Shown one piece after another: positions 19,883 through 28,928 of a stretch of 64,000 bases of DNA. Made by a program: the position numbers and the translations under genes. Position 1 is the first letter of the stretch; the number at the start of each line of letters is the position of its first letter. The stretch comes from Chthonomonas sp. (GTDB taxonomy: Bacteria > Armatimonadota > Fimbriimonadia > Fimbriimonadales > Fimbriimonadaceae): NCBI GenBank assembly GCA_016788585.1, contig JAEURP010000007.1, forward strand, positions 1 through 64,000, in the 5' to 3' direction. The notes beneath the pieces were generated by a model. That model had not been told where the DNA came from, searched no databases, and saw only the letters and a list, made by a program, of their open reading frames with translations.

Positions 19883-20863
19883 CCGGCTCGGGGACACGGT
19901 CTGCAGAGTCTGGCAGCTTTCGATTGCGGCTCTGGCAATAGCGACGGCCCGCAGGCCATCCAGTGCCGTCACCGGAGCTTCGCGCGCACCCGTGCAAGTC
20001 TCGACAAACGCTCGTCCTTGGTTGTAATAGGGGTCGTCCACTGGCAGCATCGGTGACTCCAATTGTGTGTTCTCTTCCGTATGTCTTCGTACGGTCGGCG
20101 TCTTGCGAGAGTCGAATTCGATCATGCCCTTGTCGCCGCAGACTTCGATCGTCGTCCTGAATCCACTGGGGTCGAGCCACGTCGCCTCGACGTGAGCAAT
20201 CGCGCCCGATTCAAACTCTAAGGTCGTTAACGCATAGTCGCCCGGCTTGCCTTCGAGCGCTCCCGGGTTGGTCAGGCGAACCGATCGTGACGTGACGAAT
20301 CGCACCTCACCCAATGTCCAGCGCAACCAATCGAAATCATGCACTGCCAGGTCGAGCAGTACGCCGCCAGAGCGAGATGCATCTTGAAACCACCCAGCGC
20401 TACCCACTGGAGCCTTACCACCGCGGCGCGTGCGCGCGGTAACCGGGTTGCCAACCGCTCCTCCAGCAACCAACTCGTGGGCCTTCTTGAAGTCGGGGAA
20501 GTACCGAACAACTTGCGCGGGCATCAGAACCACACCTGCCTTCTCGGCTGCCTCCAGCATTTCGGCGCACTGGGCCACGTTCAGCGCCATCGGCTTCTCG
20601 CACAGCACGTGCCGGCCTGCCGCAATTGCCTTTAGGGTAACGGAATGGTGCGCATCCGTCGGTAAGCAAACATCCACGGCGTCTGCCCAGTTCAAGAGTT
20701 CGTCATAGGAAGTCGCAGGAGATAGGCCATGCGTCGAAGCAAAAGCCTCGGCGCGAGCGGGATCAAGTTCAAAGAACTTGAGTTCGACGTCGGGCATGTT
20801 CTTCCAATGCCGGGTGTGCACATTGCCCATCCCGCCCGCGCCGACAACCCCGATCCGTAACAT
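19877..20863 (-). CDS. Gfo/Idh/MocA family NAD(P)-dependent oxidoreductase
   Basis: N-terminal [13 protein letters not shown] Rossmann motif and family-typical length/organisation. Confidence 0.8.
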   Translation of the reverse strand: MLRIGVVGAGGMGNVHTRHWKNMPDVELKFFELDPARAEAFASTHGLSPATSYDELLNWADAVDVCLPTDAHHSVTLKAIAAGRHVLCEKPMALNVAQCAEMLEAAEKAGVVLMPAQVVRYFPDFKKAHELVAGGAVGNPVTARTRRGGKAPVGSAGWFQDASRSGGVLLDLAVHDFDWLRWTLGEVRFVTSRSVRLTNPGALEGKPGDYALTTLEFESGAIAHVEATWLDPSGFRTTIEVCGDKGMIEFDSRKTPTVRRHTEENTQLESPMLPVDDPYYNQGRAFVETCTGAREAPVTALDGLRAVAIARAAIESCQTLQTVSPSRS

Positions 20864-22209
20864 CAGTCCGAAAGTGTACTAGGTTGCTCAGTCTGCCGCG
20901 CTGCTACCAATCCCATGGCTAAACCCGCGATCGCGGCGACGGCTGAAGCGATCAATATTCCGAGTTTGGCGGGCCCAAGCAATGTCCCGTCCTTAAAGGC
21001 AAGCATCGCGATGAACATGGACATCGTAAACCCAATTCCCGCGAGCAATCCAGCCGAACAAAGCCAAAGCCATGAGACGCCAGCGGGAAGCCGGCTCAAG
21101 CCGAGTTTCACCGTCAGCAAACTGGCGCCAATGATTCCGACGGGCTTTCCCGCGACCAATGCAAGCGCAATCCCAAACATGACCGATTGGCTCTCTGCAC
21201 CTGCCCCGTTCGTATTGATCACCACACCGGCATTGGCGAGGGCGAACAGCGGCATGATGACGTAGGCCATCCAAGGGTGAATCGCCATCTGCGCTCTAAC
21301 CACCGGCGGCAGGAGCTCGCGTTGAGCCACTCGCAACTGCTTCAAGCGCGAGGCCATGCGGCTCTCATCGTCGGTGTGGTCCGAGTCGAAGAGTCGCTTA
21401 GTGGCGCGAACGACGATATCCATTGGATTCTCGCGCAGTTGCATCGATCGCACGGGGGTGATCAGGCCGAGCGTAACGCCTGCTAACGTAGGATGGACAC
21501 CTGCCCAATACAAGCCAGACCATGTGACCAAGCCCGGAATCACATAAGCCAACGCTGCCCCTGTCCCGATGCGCTGCAATCCAAGAACCAACAAAATTCC
21601 GAGTCCTGCCACCAAGAACCCGATGGCATTCAGACCCGACGAGTAGAAGAGCGCGATCACCAGCACGGCGATGATGTCGTCGATGATCGCGAGCGCGAGC
21701 AAAAAGACCCGCGCATTCGATGGGACTCGCTTACCCAAAAGAGCTAGAATCCCAACCGCAAAGGCGATATCCGTCGCCGTTGGAATCGCCCAGCCCGCCC
21801 GCTTGGCAGGATCAGCATTCATGGCAACGTAAATCAAGGCCGGAACAGCAACGCCACCCACCGCTGCCGCAAGAGGCAAGATGGCTTGCTTGGCGTCGCT
21901 CAACGCCCCTTCATGGATTTCGCGCCGAATCTCCATGCCGACGACTAGGAAGAAGATGGTCATCAACCCATCGTTGATCCAGAAGTGAAGGGACCGGTTG
22001 AACTCAAATGTCCCGACCTGAATGCCAATCGGCATATGCCAAAAGTCGTGATACGAGCCAGACCAAGGGGAGTTGGCCCAAAACAAAGCCGCGATTGCCG
22101 CGACCAGAAGGACCACGCCGCTAGCCGCCTCCACATGCAGGAAGCGCTCTAAGGTTCCAAAGGCGCGCTCGGCAAGGCGTTGGGCTCGGGGCAGATTCGT
22201 CTCGGGCAT
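20863..22209 (-). CDS. nhaA: Na+/H+ antiporter NhaA
   Basis: 448 aa polytopic membrane protein with NhaA-typical ALAIIDDI...conserved Asp pair and 12-TM layout. Confidence 0.85.
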   Translation of the reverse strand: MPETNLPRAQRLAERAFGTLERFLHVEAASGVVLLVAAIAALFWANSPWSGSYHDFWHMPIGIQVGTFEFNRSLHFWINDGLMTIFFLVVGMEIRREIHEGALSDAKQAILPLAAAVGGVAVPALIYVAMNADPAKRAGWAIPTATDIAFAVGILALLGKRVPSNARVFLLALAIIDDIIAVLVIALFYSSGLNAIGFLVAGLGILLVLGLQRIGTGAALAYVIPGLVTWSGLYWAGVHPTLAGVTLGLITPVRSMQLRENPMDIVVRATKRLFDSDHTDDESRMASRLKQLRVAQRELLPPVVRAQMAIHPWMAYVIMPLFALANAGVVINTNGAGAESQSVMFGIALALVAGKPVGIIGASLLTVKLGLSRLPAGVSWLWLCSAGLLAGIGFTMSMFIAMLAFKDGTLLGPAKLGILIASAVAAIAGLAMGLVAARQTEQPSTLSD

Positions 22210-22305
22210 AGGATTCCTCGCGCGGCGGCCCGACCAACGCTATCCTGCCCGCCAAGGGCGGACACCCAAACTCTAACTTACCTCTTTTTTGGTCAGCTCC
22301 AATGG

Positions 22306-22332
22306 TTGACATATGATACACATGTCTACTAT
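22306..22332 (+). promoter_or_regulatory. Sigma-70-like promoter candidate for the phage head module (TTGACA-15-TACTAT)
   Basis: Direct reading; spacer slightly short (15 nt). Confidence 0.3.
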
Positions 22333-22344
22333 TGCTATGTTCGC

Positions 22345-23163
22345 ATGACAATGACCCAAAACATTCTTAATCGCCGCGCGGCTGCTGCTGGCCCAGGCTA
22401 TCTCGGCGCGCGGAGCCATCTCGATGACCTTCGTCGCCAGAATCTCGTCCAAGAGTTCCGCGACGCCGGCCAAGATCCGCCCGACTATCTTCAACAAGCC
22501 CACGACTGGATCGAGAGGGAAGCCAAGCTCTTCGAAGCCGGCGACTTTCCCGACAAAGGCGTGAGCATCACCCAAGAAGACCTGAAGGAAATTGAATCCG
22601 AGTTCGATCTGCCGGTCCCGGTGCTGATCGAGCACGCTCAGAACCCTCTCGAACTCGGCTACCTTACTGCGGTTCGGGCCGAAGGCAACGAACTCTTCGG
22701 AACGGTGGCACTGACACCCGAGGCCGACGCCCTCATCCGTCGTTGCGGCGCAAAGTCGCTTTCCCTCGGTCTAACACCCGACCTCAAAGCGATTCGCGAG
22801 GTCAGCCTCGTGCAAAACCCGCGCATCAGCGACGCCCAACTCTTCCGCGCCGGACACCTCCTTCCCTCAATCAATGCCGAGGCGCACACCGAGAAGATGG
22901 TCCGCGAGGGCCGCTTGCTCCCGAGCCAGGCTCCCTTCGCCAAAGCGCTCCTGGAGTGCCCGAAATCGGTCGAGTTCGAGGGCGCGATGAAGCCGGTTCA
23001 GCAACTCATCATCGAGTTCCTCAATCGCATGCCGTGCTTCAAGCTCTACGGCGCGGTCGCTCCCGCCAGCATCGTCAACAGCACCCTCACCAACGAGGAG
23101 CTCGACTTCTATCAACGCTACTTCCCGGGCCTCAAGCCGGAAGACATTCTCCAACACAGATAA
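22345..23163 (+). CDS. Phage prohead protease (HK97/S78-like; Mu gpI-like) with C-terminal scaffold-like extension
   Basis: DLPVPVLIEHAQNPLELGYLTAVRAEGNELFGTVALT matches the vpvl.nHd...iG......ed.GL motif of HK97-family prohead proteases; helical C-terminal half; ATG at 22345 avoids overlap with nhaA. Confidence 0.6.
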   Translation: MTMTQNILNRRAAAAGPGYLGARSHLDDLRRQNLVQEFRDAGQDPPDYLQQAHDWIEREAKLFEAGDFPDKGVSITQEDLKEIESEFDLPVPVLIEHAQNPLELGYLTAVRAEGNELFGTVALTPEADALIRRCGAKSLSLGLTPDLKAIREVSLVQNPRISDAQLFRAGHLLPSINAEAHTEKMVREGRLLPSQAPFAKALLECPKSVEFEGAMKPVQQLIIEFLNRMPCFKLYGAVAPASIVNSTLTNEELDFYQRYFPGLKPEDILQHR

Positions 23164-23167
23164 GAAA

Positions 23168-23608
23168 ATGCCAGCCCTATCAAAACCCTTTGAATCCCTC
23201 GAAAGGCCCGGTCTCGTGGTCTCCTACAAGCTCTCCAATGTCGCCGTTTGGAAGGGCGCGCTACTCGGCGTCAATAGCAGCGGCTTCGCCGTGCCCATGG
23301 CGCATGGCACGGCGAACCTCCGGTTCATCGGCGTCGCTAACGAGTCGGTGAACAATGCCTCGGGCAGCGCCGGCGATAAGTCGGTGAATGTCACGAAAGC
23401 GGGTTCGTTCGTCTTCACACCGAACTCCGGCTATACCCCGGCCCAAGGCGATCTCGGCGCGGAAGTTTACGCTGTGAACGATAACCAAGTCCAAATCGTG
23501 ACGACCGGCCTGACCTCCGCCTACAAGATCGGCACGGTCAGCGCCCTCGAAACGACCTCCACTGGCAGCGCGGGCGTCCGCGTTCGCATCGACCGCTACT
23601 CCCTCTAA
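23168..23608 (+). CDS. Phage head-associated protein (decoration or scaffold candidate), function unknown
   Basis: 146-aa Gly/Ser/Thr/Val-rich beta-type protein encoded between protease and major capsid gene, same strand, 4-nt spacing. Confidence 0.4.
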   Translation: MPALSKPFESLERPGLVVSYKLSNVAVWKGALLGVNSSGFAVPMAHGTANLRFIGVANESVNNASGSAGDKSVNVTKAGSFVFTPNSGYTPAQGDLGAEVYAVNDNQVQIVTTGLTSAYKIGTVSALETTSTGSAGVRVRIDRYSL

Positions 23609-23614
23609 ACCACT

Positions 23615-24529
23615 ATGCCACTTACCAGAAGCGATATTCCTGAGCTTATGCTTGCCGGTCTCAAGACCGAATTCGACCTTGCCTACCGCGCCCAAGTCTC
23701 GAACAGCGCGGTCGAGCAGATCGCGACCGTCATCTCGACCACGCTGCCCGTGCAGAAGTACGGCTGGCTCGGCTTCTCGCCGCCGATGCGCGAGTTCATT
23801 GACGAACGCCAGCCGCTCGGCCTTTCCTCGCAATCCACCTCGATCGAGGACAAGGTTTTCGAGTCCACCCTCGCCGTTCAGCGCAAGGCGATCGAGGACG
23901 ACCAGTTCGACCTCATCCGCCTGCGCATCCAAGAGATGGCGTCGCGCGTGGCCCTGCACCGTCACCAGATGGTTGTCGAGTCGCTCGCCAATGGCAATGC
24001 CGGCACGATTTACGACGGCAATGCCTACTTCGCCGAGCGCACGGTGGGCGCGAACACCTTCTCGAACCTCTCGACCGATGCGCTCGATGCAACAGCAATC
24101 CGTGATGCGGTGAGTGCAATGATGAGCGTGCGCGACGAGACCAACTCGCCGATGGGCATCACGCCCGACACGCTGCTCGTCGGCCCCAGCCTCATGTGGA
24201 CGGCGATGGAGCTCGTGCAGAGCCCGGTCGTGGTCTCCGGCGGCGCCGCGCCGAGCTATCTCAATGTCTTCCAAGGCAAGCTCAAGGTCATCGTCTCGCC
24301 CTTCCTCACCGGCGACCACGCTGACAAGTGGTTTGTGCTCGACACCAGCCGCCCCGTCCGCCCGATCATCATGCAACAGCGCAGCGACGTTCCGGTGGAG
24401 TTCACCGCCCTCGAATCAGGCTCGGGTTCGGAGTCCGCTTTCATGCGCGATCTCTACATGTACGGCGTGCGCGGGCGATACAACGTCGGCTACGGCCTAT
24501 GGCAACTCGCCTACGGCGGTGGTTTCTGA
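23615..24529 (+). CDS. Major capsid protein, Mu gpT-like (HK97 fold)
   Basis: 304 aa; overall resemblance to Mu-like prophage major head subunit gpT (PF10124) by eye, including the characteristic C-terminal ...YGLWQ...GGGF end; follows the prohead protease. Confidence 0.65.
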   Translation: MPLTRSDIPELMLAGLKTEFDLAYRAQVSNSAVEQIATVISTTLPVQKYGWLGFSPPMREFIDERQPLGLSSQSTSIEDKVFESTLAVQRKAIEDDQFDLIRLRIQEMASRVALHRHQMVVESLANGNAGTIYDGNAYFAERTVGANTFSNLSTDALDATAIRDAVSAMMSVRDETNSPMGITPDTLLVGPSLMWTAMELVQSPVVVSGGAAPSYLNVFQGKLKVIVSPFLTGDHADKWFVLDTSRPVRPIIMQQRSDVPVEFTALESGSGSESAFMRDLYMYGVRGRYNVGYGLWQLAYGGGF

Positions 24530-24786
24530 TGAATGTGGACCTCACCGTTCTGCTGGGCGGGGTGGTCACGGGAATCTTGGCATTGGCTCGCATCACGTTG
24601 AACCAGCACAAGGCTCTTGTGGATCGCTTCGTCTCGTTCGTTGAGGCTTCCGTGAGGCGGCAAGAAACTTCGGCCGAGCAGGTCGCGCAAGCGTTGCGCG
24701 ACCTGGCCGAGGGCACTCGGGAGAATACGATGACCTTGCGCCGAATGGGCGAACAGCTCGGCGTCCACTTTCGCAAGGGGGCGTAA
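24529..24786 (+). CDS. Small single-TM protein in capsid module
   Basis: 85 aa, ATG overlaps capsid-gene stop (TGATG); TM helix LTVLLGGVVTGILALARI followed by charged helix. Confidence 0.45.
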   Translation: MNVDLTVLLGGVVTGILALARITLNQHKALVDRFVSFVEASVRRQETSAEQVAQALRDLAEGTRENTMTLRRMGEQLGVHFRKGA

Positions 24787-25188
24787 ATGGCGCTATCAGT
24801 CCTGGTCGCCGATATTCAGGCGCGCGCCAACGTCCACGACTCAGCTTACGAGACTGAGATTGATGAGGTTGTGGCGCGCCTCCTGCCCGTCGTCTCCTAC
24901 GCGCTTCGTCCGGAGGCTCTTGCCTCCGGCGACGCCGGGCTGCAGGCCGTGCTTGATGATGGAGCCGCCGACGTGATCGCGGGCACGTTCCTGGCTCAAC
25001 ATTACCGCCGCCCGGAGCTGCTGCTGTCGGTCATCGTCGGCGACCTCCAACTCTTCCCCCGCCGATTTGAAAGTGTTGCCGACCCAAGCGGTTTGATCGC
25101 CCAAGGTTGGCTCAAGCTAAAGCCCTGGCTCAAGCCCGACTCCACAGCCCCTGTCCTCGCCGCGAGCGGCAAAGGAGTTCCGTCATGA
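24787..25188 (+). CDS. Phage head-tail connector (gp6-like adaptor) candidate
   Basis: 133 aa; N-terminal LVADIQARANVHDSAYETEIDEVVARLLPVV resembles gp6-like connector N-termini; translationally coupled (TAAATG). Confidence 0.35.
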   Translation: MALSVLVADIQARANVHDSAYETEIDEVVARLLPVVSYALRPEALASGDAGLQAVLDDGAADVIAGTFLAQHYRRPELLLSVIVGDLQLFPRRFESVADPSGLIAQGWLKLKPWLKPDSTAPVLAASGKGVPS

Positions 25189-25493
25189 GTGTCCTCATCG
25201 AGCGTCTGTCCGACTCGCTGGAAGTCTTCGGCGAGCCGATTTTGATCGAAGACGAACCTGCCCAAGCCTTCGTCCGCGTCTACTCGGCCGCCGAAGCGCG
25301 CCTCTATCTTGAAGAAGCCGTCATCACCGCCGCCTCCCGCCCCATCCGCGGCTTCTTCGTCTTAGCTGATACCGTCGCGGCCATCGGCAATACGATCGAA
25401 TGGCTTGGCGAAACCTACGAAATCGCCTTCATCCGCCGCTACCGCATCAGCGGCGCGGACGTGGGACTGGGCCTGATCGCAGTCCTACCGTAG
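25185..25493 (+). CDS. Small phage head-completion-like protein
   Basis: 102 aa, ATGA overlap with upstream gene; last gene of the module. Confidence 0.35.
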   Translation: MSVLIERLSDSLEVFGEPILIEDEPAQAFVRVYSAAEARLYLEEAVITAASRPIRGFFVLADTVAAIGNTIEWLGETYEIAFIRRYRISGADVGLGLIAVLP

Positions 25494-25626
25494 CTCCCTC
25501 CTCTCCCCTTGCGGGAGAGGAAGTTCGAGGAGTTCCGCGCGATAGCAAGGGAAGCTCGAACAGGAGAGGGGTTTCTCGCTTTGACCTCACCCCTAACCCC
25601 TCTCCTCCGCCACCCGCTACCCGCGA
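25494..25626. terminator. Two GC-rich hairpins between convergent capsid module and gspE-like gene (bidirectional termination region)
   Basis: cctctcccc-ttgc-gggagagg and aggagagggg...cccctctcct inverted repeats read directly. Confidence 0.45.
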
Positions 25627-26892
25627 TCACGCCATCGCTTGCGTATGCACCGCCCGAATCACCTCATCCGGAACCGTCCACCCGTTCAGAACCTTGTACT
25701 TGCCGTCCTCCAGCATGGTTCTAAAGCCTTGCTTTTTGGCCGCTTCGTCAATCGCGACATAGGAACCGCCCGAGGCGATCGCATGCTTGAAGTCGAGCGT
25801 GCCCATGAGGAGCTCGAAAACACCAACACGGCCCTTGAGACCAGTGCCGCGGCACTCGGCGCAGCCTTTGCCCTTCGCGCACTTGGCGCGCTCTAAATCG
25901 GCGGGCGTGATGCGAAGCATCTTAATCTCGTCTTCGGTGAGCTTGTAGGGCTCAAGGCACTTCTGACAGTTCAAGCGGATGAGCCGCTGAGCCAGAATCG
26001 CGACGGTGACGCCGGCGATGAGATACGGCTCCGCGCCCATGTCCACCATACGCCCGATGGTCTCCATCGAGTTATTGGTGTGGAGCGTGCTGAGGACCAA
26101 GTGGCCGGTAAGCGCGGCTTGTATGCCAATCGCGAGCGACTCGGGGTCGCGCATTTCGCCGACCATCATCACGTCGGGGTCTTGGCGAAGGAACGACCGC
26201 ATGACGCGAGGGAAGGGAAGCTTCTCGGTCACCTGCACCTGACCGACGTCCTTGTCGAATTCGTATTCGATTGGGTCTTCGACCGTCACAATGTTGCGCG
26301 TCTTGCTGTCCAGCGTAAGCAGGGAAGCGTAGAGCGTCGAGGTCTTGCCGCTACCCGTCGGGCCGGTGACCAAAACCAGGCCATAGGGAACCGAGATCGC
26401 CTTCTGCCAATTGCGCAAGAGATCCTCGGGCATGCCGAGCTTGAGAAGGTCGACCTTCATTGCGCCCGGGTCGAGAATACGCATGACGATCTTCTCGCCG
26501 TTCAGACAGGGCACACACGAGCACCGGGCCGAGAGCCGCCGCCCCATGAACTCCATGTCGATACGGCCGTCCTGCGTCTCGCGATTCTCGTCAATCCGCA
26601 TGCCAGCCGCCAGCTTAAGCCGCGCGACGACGTTCATCGCATGCTCGGGAGGCAACTGACCGCCGTCAATCAGGATGCCGTCTTGGCGGAAACGAATCTT
26701 GAGCTGATCACGCTCTGGCTGAAGGTGAATATCGCTCGTGCCCATTTCGAGGGCTTGGATGAAGATATTGTCAACGATACCGACCGCCAACGACATCTCA
26801 TCGCCGCCCATATCGCGGGCGCTACCGGCTTCTCGAAGAACGAGCCGGAACTTCTTCCCGGCTCCATAGTTAAAGCTGTCGTTGTACGTCAT
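25627..26892 (-). CDS. GspE/PilB-family secretion ATPase (lacks N1 domain; has C-terminal CxxC...CxxC zinc motif)
   Basis: Walker A GPTGSGKTST, Asp/His boxes, tetracysteine CQKC...CAEC; 421 aa. Confidence 0.85.
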   Translation of the reverse strand: MTYNDSFNYGAGKKFRLVLREAGSARDMGGDEMSLAVGIVDNIFIQALEMGTSDIHLQPERDQLKIRFRQDGILIDGGQLPPEHAMNVVARLKLAAGMRIDENRETQDGRIDMEFMGRRLSARCSCVPCLNGEKIVMRILDPGAMKVDLLKLGMPEDLLRNWQKAISVPYGLVLVTGPTGSGKTSTLYASLLTLDSKTRNIVTVEDPIEYEFDKDVGQVQVTEKLPFPRVMRSFLRQDPDVMMVGEMRDPESLAIGIQAALTGHLVLSTLHTNNSMETIGRMVDMGAEPYLIAGVTVAILAQRLIRLNCQKCLEPYKLTEDEIKMLRITPADLERAKCAKGKGCAECRGTGLKGRVGVFELLMGTLDFKHAIASGGSYVAIDEAAKKQGFRTMLEDGKYKVLNGWTVPDEVIRAVHTQAMA

Positions 26893-27248
26893 GGCTTAAC
26901 GAAAAGGTACGCCGCGACGCACACGAGGAATCCTGCGAAGATCTTCCTCATGAGCGCAGGGTCGAGACCGAGCGCCAGTTTACTACCGGCATACGCTCCA
27001 CCGAACAGCCCCAGCGCGATCCATGCGCCCTTGAGGAGGTCAATCTGCTCCTTCTCCCAATAGTTCTTGACCGCGAGGAGCCCAACGGGCGCCAGCAACA
27101 CGATCAAACTCGTGCCTTGCGCCTTCTGCTGGGTCATCTGAAAAGCAAAAATCAGGAGCGGCACAATGATGATGCCGCCCCCGATTCCAAAGAGTCCGCT
27201 GCTTACGCCCGCCACAAGGCCGATCAGCACACAGAGAAAAATCTCCAT
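26889..27248 (-). CDS. Half-size TauE/SafE (TSUP, DUF81) membrane protein
   Basis: 119 aa, 4 TM; GLFGIGGGIIIVPLL motif; 4-nt overlap with gspE-like start. Confidence 0.6.
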   Translation of the reverse strand: MEIFLCVLIGLVAGVSSGLFGIGGGIIIVPLLIFAFQMTQQKAQGTSLIVLLAPVGLLAVKNYWEKEQIDLLKGAWIALGLFGGAYAGSKLALGLDPALMRKIFAGFLVCVAAYLFVKP

Positions 27249-27271
27249 GTGCCGAGCGTACCTAAGAGCCC

Positions 27272-28867
27272 TTACTCGTCAATAGCGCCGAAGTTGGCGA
27301 TGATGATGTCGATATCGCCAGCATCGACTTCACCGCTAACATCTACATCGGAGTTTGGATTGCCATTACCGACGGGCCAAATCGCGCCGAAGTCGGCGAT
27401 GACTTGATCGATGTCGGCGGCGTCCACTTCGCCAGAGGTGTCGACGTCCCCATTAACAAGTGCCACTGCACCGATATTGATATCGGTCGGAGTCGCGCTA
27501 CCAGGAACGGTTACGTTGACGGTCTTCTTCAAGAAAGAAGCCCCGTCGAACACAATCGTGTATTGGTTCGTCGCCCCAGCCGGAGGTACGTTTGGCAAGA
27601 TCACGCGAACCGACGACGAGGTCGAAGCTGTGCCAACCAAGAGGCCGCCATGAGTGATTGGCATTACGCCAGAGAAGACTTGATAGGTGATCGCTCTCTG
27701 ATAGGCCATCGCACCCACATCTTGAAGGTTGACCGTCCCCACAAAGTCCTGTCCCTGCACAGCGATGCCCAAAGCAATATTGCTAATACGGGATGGGCTG
27801 ACAGCTCCTTGAGTTCCGACCGGTCCAGAGACCGCAGTCGACGTTCCCGGCGCCGTGGATCGCCACAGGTTGTGGGTGCTCGAGCCTACGTGAGGGTTAG
27901 CATAGACGGCCCCAATTCCATTCAACTGTGCTGCCGTCGTGGCCGTGGTGGCTCCCCCATTGTTGTACTGCTGCCCCATCCAGAATGTCTGATCGGTTGG
28001 GACCGTTGGAAACGCCGTGCTGACACCGGTTCGCCAAACAAAGCTACCCGCGGTATGGGATGAAACATAGGTGTGTCCCGTGAGCCATGTCCCTGGGTCG
28101 AAAACTCCCGTCGGACCAGGGGTCCCAGTTCCCTGCAAATGGAAGCGGATGAGGCTCTGGAAGGTGGCAGCGGCACCTGTTCGGGTCGCCCAGTTGACGG
28201 CTGTAATCTGCTGACCAGCGTAGCCTGGCATCGGAGTGACGTCATCGTAAATCGCGGTCGTATAGGCCGGCACATCCGCATCCTGCGCGCCGCCAAGTGC
28301 GGTCAGCGTTGTCTGCGTACCCGTCGCGTAGCACTGATAGATATAGAACCTTCCAGTTTGGACCGGTGACCCAACTGGGATCCCAGAGAGTTGGAAATCG
28401 ATGCCGGTCGTCGTGGCTTCTTCAGGATAAACGCCGCCGACTAGGGCCACGTCGTTCACGTACTCAAGGGTCCAGGTGGAGCCATTGAGAATAAAGCACC
28501 CTTTGAGGGTCGAGGCTGCTGTTCGAGTTCCTGGTGTTACCGGGCCATAGCTGTTGGTGAGACCAAACTCGTGGTATAGGGTCGGGTAATTGGCGTGCTT
28601 CAGTCGGACTTTCTTGGCAGAGGCAAGAGTGCCTGACCCATCGACGGTACCAGCGTGGACTGTTACAACATCGCCCAACACATAGCTGCTCCGTGCGGCC
28701 TGGGTAACGGAAGTGTTCCCGCTGAAGCCTGCCGGGCCCGAAAAGAAGCCAGCGGTCATGCGCCAGCCGTCGTTGGTTGCATTTGCAAGGCCAGGGATCG
28801 CGGTCGCAACGAGGCCTGCGACCAATGGCAGAGATCGATATCGAATAATCATAAGAGTCCGAGGCAT
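27272..28867 (-). CDS. Secreted beta-rich protein with C-terminal dockerin-type tandem Ca-binding repeat (paralogue A)
   Basis: Signal peptide; C-terminus VNGDVDTSGEVDAADIDQVIADFG...DVDVSGEVDAGDIDIIIANFGAIDE = two dockerin type-I-like DxDxSGxVDxxDID loops. Confidence 0.65.
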   Translation of the reverse strand: MPRTLMIIRYRSLPLVAGLVATAIPGLANATNDGWRMTAGFFSGPAGFSGNTSVTQAARSSYVLGDVVTVHAGTVDGSGTLASAKKVRLKHANYPTLYHEFGLTNSYGPVTPGTRTAASTLKGCFILNGSTWTLEYVNDVALVGGVYPEEATTTGIDFQLSGIPVGSPVQTGRFYIYQCYATGTQTTLTALGGAQDADVPAYTTAIYDDVTPMPGYAGQQITAVNWATRTGAAATFQSLIRFHLQGTGTPGPTGVFDPGTWLTGHTYVSSHTAGSFVWRTGVSTAFPTVPTDQTFWMGQQYNNGGATTATTAAQLNGIGAVYANPHVGSSTHNLWRSTAPGTSTAVSGPVGTQGAVSPSRISNIALGIAVQGQDFVGTVNLQDVGAMAYQRAITYQVFSGVMPITHGGLLVGTASTSSSVRVILPNVPPAGATNQYTIVFDGASFLKKTVNVTVPGSATPTDINIGAVALVNGDVDTSGEVDAADIDQVIADFGAIWPVGNGNPNSDVDVSGEVDAGDIDIIIANFGAIDE

Positions 28868-28928
28868 TGGATAGCCTGAAGTTCTTTATACAGGACTCTT
28901 TCTAAAATCGCTAACTTTTAGTCGAAAA

